Part shown: piece after piece, positions 56,947 through 64,000 of the stretch
Layout: every line of letters starts with the position of its first letter
Numbering within the stretch: position 1 is the first letter of the stretch
Assembly: GCA_963770895.1 (NCBI GenBank)
Contig: CAVYRF010000002.1
Span: 3,456,001 to 3,520,000, forward strand
Direction of reading: 5' to 3'
DNA from: an uncultured Acidobacteriota bacterium
Lineage (GTDB): Bacteria > Acidobacteriota > Thermoanaerobaculia > Multivoradales > UBA5704
Length of the DNA: 64,000 bases
Made by a program: the position numbers and the translations under genes
Notes under the pieces: generated by a model
The model's input: the letters and a program-made list of their open reading frames with translations, nothing else
What the model was told of the DNA's origin: nothing
The model's database searches: none

Positions 56947-59871
56947 ATGCGAAAACCCCTTGCAGGTTGGCTGGTCGCCGGTCTGGCGCTGCTGGCTGCC
57001 ACGGCCGGCGCCCTGGCTCCGGCCGCCGGCGATCCGGCGGCGCCCGGCCGTCCGGCGGCGGCCCCCGGCGATGCGCCGGCGGTGTCCGGCGATCCGGCGG
57101 TGGCGCTGCCGGTCGACCCGGCGGTGAGCAGCGGGCGGTTTGCCAACGGTTTGACCTGGTATATCCGCGACAACGCCCGGCCCGAGAAGCGGGCGGAGCT
57201 GTGGCTGGCGGTCAATGCCGGCTCGGCGCTGGAGGACCAGGACCAGAAGGGGCTGGCGCATTTTGTCGAGCACATGTGCTTTGACGGCACGCGGCGGTTT
57301 CCGCGCCAGGCGATCGTCAAGTACCTGGAGTCGATCGGCATGCGTTTCGGGCCGGACTTGAACGCCTTCACCAGCTTCGACGAGACCGTGTACACGATCA
57401 AGGTTCCGACCGACCAGCCGGAGTTCGTCGACAAGGGGATCGAGATCCTGTCGGAGTGGGCGCACGCGGTGAGCTTCGAGGCGCAGGAATTCGAGCGCGA
57501 GCGGGGGGTGGTGATCGAGGAGTGGCGCTCGCGGCGCGGCGCCGACGCGCGGATGCGCGATCTGCAGCTGCCGATCGTGCTGGCCGGGTCGCGGTACGCC
57601 GACCGGCTGCCGATCGGCACCCTGGACAGCCTGCAGCATGCCCGGCGCGAGGAGCTGGCGCGCTTCTACCACGATTGGTATCGCCCCGACCTGATGGCGG
57701 TGATCGCCGTCGGCGACTTTGGCGCCTATGGCCGCGCCCGGCTCGAAAAGCAGCTGCGCGACGGCTTTGCCGGGTTGGCCAACCCTTCGCCCGAGCGCCC
57801 GCGCGCGAGCTTTGCGGTGCCGGCGCACGACGCCACCCGGTTTGCCATCGCCACCGACAGCGAGGCGACGACCAGCCGCGCGGCGATCGAGGTGCAGCAA
57901 CCCCGGCAGTCCGATCTGCGTGTCGGCGACTTCCGCCGCAAGCTGATCGAAAGCCTGTACCACGGCATGTTGAACGCCCGCCTGTCCGAGGTGGCGAAAC
58001 GTCCCGACGCGCCGTTCCAGGTCGCGTTTTCGTTCGCCGGTTCGCCGGTGCGCCCGCTGGAGTCGGAGACCGCGACGGCGGTGATGCGCAACGGCGCTCT
58101 GCTGCCCGGCGTGCAGGCGCTGCTCACCGAGGTGGAGCGGGTGCACCGGCACGGCTTCTCGGCCGCCGAGCTGGAACGCCAGAAGGCGATCCGCCTGCGC
58201 CAGCTGGAAAAGCGCCTGGCCGAAAGCGACAAGTCCGAGTCGGGCCAGCGCGCCGCCGAGATCCTGCAGCTGTTCCTGGAGTCCGAGCCGGTGCCCGGCG
58301 AGGCGTTCGAGCTGGCGCTCACTCGCCAGCTGCTGGGCAGCATCGAGCTGGCCGAGGTGAACCGCCTGGCCGCCGGCTGGAGCGGCGAAGCCAACCGCGT
58401 GATCGAAATCGACGCGCCCGCCAAGCCGGACGTGCCGGTGCCCAGCGAAGCGCAGCTGCGGCAGGCATTCGCCGCGGTGCAGGCGAGCACGGTCGCCGCC
58501 TGGGAGGATCGCACGCAGGAGGGACCGCTGGTGCCGCATCCGCCACGGCCCGGCACGGTGGTTGCGGAGACGCGGATCGCCGAGCTGGGAATGACCGAAT
58601 GGCGGCTCGACAACGGCGTGCGCGTGGTGCTCAAGCCGACCGACTTCAAGAACGACGAGATCCTGCTGTCCGGCTTCGGTCCTGGCGGCATGTCGCTGGT
58701 CCCCGACGCACAGGTCACCTCCGCGGAGCTGGCAACCACGGTGGTCAGGGCTGGCGGCCTGGGAACCTTTGACGACGTGACCCTGCGCAAGGCGCTGGCC
58801 GGCAAGTCGGCCAGCGCCAGCGTTTCGATCGCCGGCTTCGATCAGCGGGTGCGAGGCACGGCATCGCCGCGCGACGTGGAGACGATGTTCCAGCTGCTCT
58901 ATCTTTCGTTCACCGCGCCGCGCCGCGACCCGGATGCCTACCAATCCACGCACGCGCTGCTCACGACGGTGCTGGAAAATCGCTCCGCCGAACCGCGAGA
59001 AGTGTTCAATGACGCGATGCAGGCAGCGCTCCATCCGGGCGACCCGCGCGAGCGTCCGCTGACCATCGAGCGGCTGCGCGAGCTGGACTACGACACCGCC
59101 TTCCGTCTCTACCAGGAGCGCTTCGCCGACGCCGGCCAATTTACCTTCGTCCTGGTGGGCAGCTTCACGCCGGACACCATCCGGCCGCTGGTGCTCACCT
59201 GGCTTGGCGGTCTGCCCAGCACGGCAAGCAAACAGAGCTGGCGCCCGGTCGGCGGTCCGCTGCCGGCAGGGGTCGTGCGGGTCTCCACGGTGCAGGGCAA
59301 GGAGCCCAAGAGCGCGGTGCGGCTGGTCTTCACCGGCGAGAGCCGCTATTCGGTGGACGACGCCCACCAGCACACGGCGCTGCTGGAGCTGCTCCAGCTG
59401 CGCCTGCGCGAGGTCTTGCGCGACGACATGGGCGGTGTCTACGGTGCCAGCGTGTCCGGCAACCTCGCCTTCCGGCCCTGGGGCCACTATTCGGTAAGCA
59501 TCGGGTTTTCGTGCGCACCCGAAAACGTCGACAGCCTGACCCGCGCCGTGTTCCGCGAGATCGCGGCGATCAAGGACCAGGGCGTCGACGCCGAGCACGT
59601 CGCCAAGCTGAAGGCAGCGGCTCGCCGCACGCGGGAAACCAACGTCAAGGAAAACTCTTTCTGGAGCAACATCCTGACGGTCTACTACCTGTCCGGCTGG
59701 GACCCGCGCGAGATCCTGCACTTTGACGCGCGCGTCGAGCAGACGACCTCCGCCACCCTGCAGGCCGCGGCCCGCCAGTACCTTGTCGACAACCGCTACG
59801 TCCTGGGCGTGCTTTCGCCCGCCGCCGCCGGCGCGCCGGCGGGCGCTGCCACCAAGGGGAGCGGCATGTAG
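56947..59871 (+). CDS. pqqL: M16 zinc protease (PqqL-like)
   Basis: GLAHFVEHM, LNAFTSFDETVY, ERERGVVIEEWR and LDNGVRVVLKPTDFK. Confidence 0.9.
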   Translation: MRKPLAGWLVAGLALLAATAGALAPAAGDPAAPGRPAAAPGDAPAVSGDPAVALPVDPAVSSGRFANGLTWYIRDNARPEKRAELWLAVNAGSALEDQDQKGLAHFVEHMCFDGTRRFPRQAIVKYLESIGMRFGPDLNAFTSFDETVYTIKVPTDQPEFVDKGIEILSEWAHAVSFEAQEFERERGVVIEEWRSRRGADARMRDLQLPIVLAGSRYADRLPIGTLDSLQHARREELARFYHDWYRPDLMAVIAVGDFGAYGRARLEKQLRDGFAGLANPSPERPRASFAVPAHDATRFAIATDSEATTSRAAIEVQQPRQSDLRVGDFRRKLIESLYHGMLNARLSEVAKRPDAPFQVAFSFAGSPVRPLESETATAVMRNGALLPGVQALLTEVERVHRHGFSAAELERQKAIRLRQLEKRLAESDKSESGQRAAEILQLFLESEPVPGEAFELALTRQLLGSIELAEVNRLAAGWSGEANRVIEIDAPAKPDVPVPSEAQLRQAFAAVQASTVAAWEDRTQEGPLVPHPPRPGTVVAETRIAELGMTEWRLDNGVRVVLKPTDFKNDEILLSGFGPGGMSLVPDAQVTSAELATTVVRAGGLGTFDDVTLRKALAGKSASASVSIAGFDQRVRGTASPRDVETMFQLLYLSFTAPRRDPDAYQSTHALLTTVLENRSAEPREVFNDAMQAALHPGDPRERPLTIERLRELDYDTAFRLYQERFADAGQFTFVLVGSFTPDTIRPLVLTWLGGLPSTASKQSWRPVGGPLPAGVVRVSTVQGKEPKSAVRLVFTGESRYSVDDAHQHTALLELLQLRLREVLRDDMGGVYGASVSGNLAFRPWGHYSVSIGFSCAPENVDSLTRAVFREIAAIKDQGVDAEHVAKLKAAARRTRETNVKENSFWSNILTVYYLSGWDPREILHFDARVEQTTSATLQAAARQYLVDNRYVLGVLSPAAAGAPAGAATKGSGM

Positions 59872-59928
59872 GTAGTTCACAACGCCGTCCCGAACGTTCT
59901 GGCGTTCCGGTGGTGCGGGCTGCCGGGC

Positions 59929-61491
59929 TCAGGGCAGCTGCAGAAAGTCGCTCAAGCCGTCGGCGTCGGCGCGGCCGATGGCGCGGGCCAGGTTGAGCTT
60001 GGCGAGGTTGTGGGCGAACAGGCTGTTGATGCGGTCCAGCTCGGCGGCGGCCAGGGACTCTTCGGTCTGCACGACTTCCAGGTTGTCGGTGACGCCGGCG
60101 GCGAAGCGCTGGCGGGTCAGGTCCAGGCTTTCGCGGGTGACGTCGAGGTTGCGCTGGGCGAGGTCGACCTGGCTGGCGGCGGCTTGCAGGTCCAGGTAGG
60201 CCTTGCGGACTTCGGCTTCGACCTGGGCGGTGAGGTCGGCCAGCTCGGCGCGCCGCTGGTCGAGCGCGGCGGCGGCGGAGTCGGCGTGGCCGCCGGCGCG
60301 GCCGCCTTCCCAGATGGGCACGTGCAGGATGCCCACCAGGGTGTAGGTGGGCTGTGAATCGGCCAGGGTGGTGCCGATCTTGCCGTAGTCGGCGTTGAAC
60401 GACAGCGAGGGGAGGCGCTCGTCGTGGGCGGCGGCCAGCGCCAGCTCGGCGGCGCGCACCTGGGCGCCGGCGGATTGCAGGTCGGCGCGCTGGCCGGCGG
60501 CCTGACGCAGGGCGTCGTCCAGGGCGAGCGCCGGGGCGGCGGCGAAGGGGATCTCCTGGTCCAGGTCGTAGCGATCGGTGGGGGGCAGGCCGATCATGCG
60601 CGCCAGGTCGATCTTCTGCTTGGCAAAATCGTTTTGCAGCGAGGTGAGGCGCTGCTGCTCGGCGAGCTCCTGCACCTGGGCGCGATTGACGTCGAGCTGG
60701 GCGACCAGGCCGACGGAGCGCTGCTGGGCGGTCTGCTGGTGGAAGGCCCGCGCGCTGTCCAGGCGGGCGCTGGCCGATTCCATGCGAGCCCGCGCGGCGC
60801 AGGCTTGCAGGTAGGCGCCGCCGACGCCCAGGACGATCTCGGCGCGGGCGTCGGTCATCGCCAGGCGGTTGGCGCGCAGGGTCTGGGCGGCGGCGCGGTA
60901 GTTGTTCCAGGCGACCAGGTTGAGCACCTGCTGCGACAGGCGCGCCCGCAGGTCGAAGTAGTGAAACGGTCCCACCACGCTGGGCAGCGCGAAGCCGGGG
61001 GCGTGCAGGCTGGTGAAGCCGAAGGCCGCCAGGTCGACCTTTTCGTCGGTGCCGGTCAGGTCGCCGGTGAGGTTGGGCAGCAGCGCGCTGAGCGCGGCGC
61101 GGCTCTGGCCCGCCGCCTGGTGCACCGCCTGGGTCAGGCCGACGATGCCGAGGTTGTAATCGAGGCCGCGGCGGACGGCGTCGCGCAAGGTGAGCTTGCC
61201 GGCGAGCGGCGCGCCGGTTGCCGGGACGCTGCCGGTGTAGGCGCCGCCGATCTGCAGGCCGGGATTGAGGGTGTCGACGCTCGCGGTGGTGCCGGGAACC
61301 GGCGACTGGATCGCCGTCACCGACCCGCCTGGCGCGCCGCGGCCGGACAGCGGCAGCGGCGCGGCCTGGGTGGTGGCGCCGCCGCCGCCGCCCGGCGCCT
61401 GGGCGGCTGAAGGCGCCGCGGCAGCCAGCAGCGCCGCGACGGCAAGAGCGGCGGCAAGGCCGCTGGGTTTAGCCGGGAGCTTCCCGCACAT
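59929..61491 (-). CDS. TolC-family outer membrane efflux protein
   Basis: Two OEP repeats (LLPNL, RLPSL...VPIWEGG...RFAAGV) and a signal peptide. Confidence 0.88.
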   Translation of the reverse strand: MCGKLPAKPSGLAAALAVAALLAAAAPSAAQAPGGGGGATTQAAPLPLSGRGAPGGSVTAIQSPVPGTTASVDTLNPGLQIGGAYTGSVPATGAPLAGKLTLRDAVRRGLDYNLGIVGLTQAVHQAAGQSRAALSALLPNLTGDLTGTDEKVDLAAFGFTSLHAPGFALPSVVGPFHYFDLRARLSQQVLNLVAWNNYRAAAQTLRANRLAMTDARAEIVLGVGGAYLQACAARARMESASARLDSARAFHQQTAQQRSVGLVAQLDVNRAQVQELAEQQRLTSLQNDFAKQKIDLARMIGLPPTDRYDLDQEIPFAAAPALALDDALRQAAGQRADLQSAGAQVRAAELALAAAHDERLPSLSFNADYGKIGTTLADSQPTYTLVGILHVPIWEGGRAGGHADSAAAALDQRRAELADLTAQVEAEVRKAYLDLQAAASQVDLAQRNLDVTRESLDLTRQRFAAGVTDNLEVVQTEESLAAAELDRINSLFAHNLAKLNLARAIGRADADGLSDFLQLP

Positions 61492-61529
61492 CGATCTCTC
61501 CTTGGCGCTTCAGGGCGGCGTCCACGGTG

Positions 61530-62738
61530 TCAGCCGAGCTGCTGCCGGAAGCGCCAGACGCTGGTCGACACCAGCAGCAGAGCGAACAGCAGCAGCGCCA
61601 GCAGGTGGGGCCACAGCGTGACGAAGCCGCTGCCCTTGATCATGTTGGCGCGCGCGATGACGCCGAAGTGGAAGACGGGGTTGAAGACGGTGAACGGTTG
61701 CATCCAGCGCGGCATGGCTTCGGCGGGGGTGAGCGCGCCCGACAGCGAGGACAGCGGCGGCGTGAGGAAGAACGTCACCAGCTGCGCCTGCTGGGCCGAC
61801 TTGGTGAAGGTGGCGATGAAGGTGCCGATGCCGATGCCGGTGAGCAGGCAGAGCGCGGCGCCCACCACGACGACCAGGATGTTGCCGCGAAAGGGCACGT
61901 GAAAGACGAAGCGGATGATGGCGATCGCCGTCAGCGTCATGCCGCAGAGCAGCACGAAGGGGGGCGCGATCTTGGCGACGATGATTTCAGAGGTGCTGGC
62001 GGGGGTCATCAGCAGCTGCTCGAGCGTGCCCGCTTCGCGCTCCTTGACCATGGTGGTCGAGGCGATGATCGAACCGTTCATGATCAGCAGCATGCCGAAC
62101 AGGCCGGTGACCACGAACCAGCTGGTGGTCAGCGCGGGATTGAACAGGAACGCCGGCACCAGCACCGCCTGGCCGCGCATGCCGGCTGTCGGTGGCGGTG
62201 GAGCGGACAGCGCCGCCTGTCCCGCCGGTGTCGCCGGCGCCGGCGGCAGCGGGGCGCGGATGCCGGCGGCGGCCAGGCCCTGGTTGTAGCTCTGCACGAT
62301 GCCGGTGGCGTAGCCGGCGCCGAGCGCCGCGGTGTTGGCGTTGACCGCGTTGAGCAGCACCTGGATGGTGGGCGCGCGGCCGCGGCGCAGGTCGCGGGCG
62401 AAGCCGTAGGGGATCACCACGCCGGCATCCAGGCTGCCGCGGCTGATCGCGTCGCCGAGCGCGGCGGGCGAGGCGTACGAGCCGGACAGCTGAAACGCCT
62501 TGCTTTCGGTGAGCGCTGCCGACAGCTCGCGGCTTTCGGGAGTGCGGCTGTCATCGACCACGCCCAGGTGGAGATTGGCTACCGCCGGGCTGAGCACGCT
62601 GCCGAACAACAGCAGCTGCAGGACGGGCGGCAGGATGAGCGACATGAGCACCCGCCGGTCGCGGCGGATCTGGTCCAGCTCCTTGGCGACCAGGGCCCGC
62701 ATCCGGTGATTCAACCAGCCGCGCAAAAGGTTTCGCAT
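61530..62738 (-). CDS. ABC-2 transporter permease (YbhR-like)
   Basis: KELDQIRRD, VKEREAGTLEQLLMTP and LSG..TP.EAMP. Confidence 0.9.
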   Translation of the reverse strand: MRNLLRGWLNHRMRALVAKELDQIRRDRRVLMSLILPPVLQLLLFGSVLSPAVANLHLGVVDDSRTPESRELSAALTESKAFQLSGSYASPAALGDAISRGSLDAGVVIPYGFARDLRRGRAPTIQVLLNAVNANTAALGAGYATGIVQSYNQGLAAAGIRAPLPPAPATPAGQAALSAPPPPTAGMRGQAVLVPAFLFNPALTTSWFVVTGLFGMLLIMNGSIIASTTMVKEREAGTLEQLLMTPASTSEIIVAKIAPPFVLLCGMTLTAIAIIRFVFHVPFRGNILVVVVGAALCLLTGIGIGTFIATFTKSAQQAQLVTFFLTPPLSSLSGALTPAEAMPRWMQPFTVFNPVFHFGVIARANMIKGSGFVTLWPHLLALLLFALLLVSTSVWRFRQQLG

Positions 62739-62768
62739 CGCTCGCTCGATTCGCCGGCTCGATCCGGT

Positions 62769-63950
62769 TCAATAGGGCAGCTGCATGCGCCGCAGGGTGC
62801 GCCAGCCGAGGGTGTAGAACAGCGTGCCGCTGGCGCCGATGATCAGGACCTTGTACCAGGTGGCCGGCCAGCCGCCGCCCTGGAGCAGCGCGTCGCGCAC
62901 GATTTCCACGTAGTAGCGGCCCCAGACGAAGTTGGACAGCCAGCGCAGCCCGACGGGGATGTTGGCGACCGGGTAGAGCAGCCCTGACAGCATGAAGACC
63001 AGCAGGAAGCCGCCCAGCAGCACGGCCTGCATCGCCGCCAGCTGGTTGGGGATCGCGGCGCCGACCATGGTGCCGAACGCCGAGACGCAGAAGGCGTACA
63101 GGACGGTCGCGACCAGGAACGGCGTCGGATCGCCGACGAAGCCGACGCCGAACAGGGTGAAGAGCAGCCCGATGAGCAGCGCGCACTCGCCGAAGGTCAC
63201 GATCATGAAGGAAAAAATCTTGCCTAGCAGCAGCTCGTGGGCGGAAATATTCGATACGTACACCTGCAGGATCGTTTTCTGTTCGCCTTCCTTGGCCATC
63301 GCCAGGCTTGCCAGGAGCGGTGGGAACATCGACACGGCGAGCACGAAGATGCCCGGCCCGAAGAACTTCTTGGACGACAGCCCGGGGTTGTACCAGAGCC
63401 GCACCACCGGCCGCACGCCGGGGGCGCCGGCGCCCGCGCCGCCCGCGCCGCCGGGGCCAGCCGGCGCCCGCGCCGCCGCGCCGGCTGCGCCGCCGGGGCC
63501 GGCGGCAGTGGCGTTGAACGCCGCGGTGACGCTGGCGGCGTAGGCGCCGATGAGCTTGGCGGTGTTGGCGTCCGAGGCGTCGACCAGCATCTGCACCGGT
63601 GCGGCGGCGCCGCGCGCCAGGTCGCGGCCGAAGTGCGGCGGGATGATGAGGGCGCCGCGCGCGGCGCTCGCAACCAGGGCGGATTCGGGCGAGCGGTCGG
63701 GCGGCCACGCCACGACGCGGAAGGTGAGCGAGGCGCGGAAGGCGTCGGCAAGACGCAGCGACGCCGGCGAACCGTCCAGGTCCTGGATGAGGATGGGGAG
63801 GTCGGAGACGGTGAGCGACAAGGCCGACCCGATCAGCACCAGCTGCAGCAGCGGCAGCCCGAGCGCCAGCGCCACGGCGAGCGGGTCGCGCAGCAGCTGG
63901 GTGAGCTCCTTGCGGGTCTGGGCGACGATGCGTCGCAGGGGATTGTGCAT
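62769..63950 (-). CDS. ABC-2 transporter permease (YbhS-like)
   Basis: KELTQLLRD, VRLWYNPGL, AKEGEQKT and MLSGLLYP. Confidence 0.9.
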   Translation of the reverse strand: MHNPLRRIVAQTRKELTQLLRDPLAVALALGLPLLQLVLIGSALSLTVSDLPILIQDLDGSPASLRLADAFRASLTFRVVAWPPDRSPESALVASAARGALIIPPHFGRDLARGAAAPVQMLVDASDANTAKLIGAYAASVTAAFNATAAGPGGAAGAAARAPAGPGGAGGAGAGAPGVRPVVRLWYNPGLSSKKFFGPGIFVLAVSMFPPLLASLAMAKEGEQKTILQVYVSNISAHELLLGKIFSFMIVTFGECALLIGLLFTLFGVGFVGDPTPFLVATVLYAFCVSAFGTMVGAAIPNQLAAMQAVLLGGFLLVFMLSGLLYPVANIPVGLRWLSNFVWGRYYVEIVRDALLQGGGWPATWYKVLIIGASGTLFYTLGWRTLRRMQLPY

Positions 63951-63968
63951 GGCTGGCTGGTCGCTCCC

Positions 63969-64000
63969 TCAGTCTTCGGCCGCCACCTTGCCTTGCAGGC
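63969..64000 (-). CDS. 3' end of the upstream gene (probably an ABC ATPase), partial
   Basis: Reads LQGKVAAED*, followed by the GAGGGAG RBS for the next gene. Identity is inferred from operon context only. Confidence 0.4.
   Translation of the reverse strand, partial: LQGKVAAED

Noticed and set aside
1-64000. Many long overlapping ORFs rich in R/P/G/A (for example 2182..4695+, 11016..13658+, 37746..40058+, most of 56029..59880-)
   Set aside because: These are antisense or alternative-frame shadows of high-GC genes and carry no motifs.

Overview
High-GC (roughly 70%) bacterial chromosome segment, probably Acidobacteriota of the Thermoanaerobaculia type; this assignment is inferred from the secreted-protein C-terminal domains and the RiPP leader. 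The backbone carries secreted PKD, beta-propeller and DUF11 proteins, four metallopeptidases (an M1-ABC permease fusion, M42, M61, M16), an ArsR-SRPBCC-DoxX operon, glcDEF, a selenocysteine-containing NAD-linked formate dehydrogenase-like cluster and a TolC/ABC efflux system. An accessory island (about 21.9-37.05 kb) holds several toxin-antitoxin pairs, a low-GC HEXXH gene pair and an intact IS21-family element with an 8-bp target duplication. The most notable feature is four gaplessly aligned, quasi-palindromic sites of about 37 bp (CCC-[CA/AA]-GGG core, at about 25.5, 31.7, 34.7 and 36.5 kb). They divide the island into cassettes, and their extended arms resemble the 5' end of an XRE gene. 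This looks like an integron-like cassette array with a non-attC recombination site; no recombinase is present in the window. Other points of interest are an orphan Cys/Thr-rich RiPP precursor, a secreted Cys-rich micropeptide, and a low-GC gene encoding a predicted extracytoplasmic beta-rich domain, transmembrane helices and a P-loop (STAND-like) domain. No rRNA, tRNA or CRISPR array was seen.
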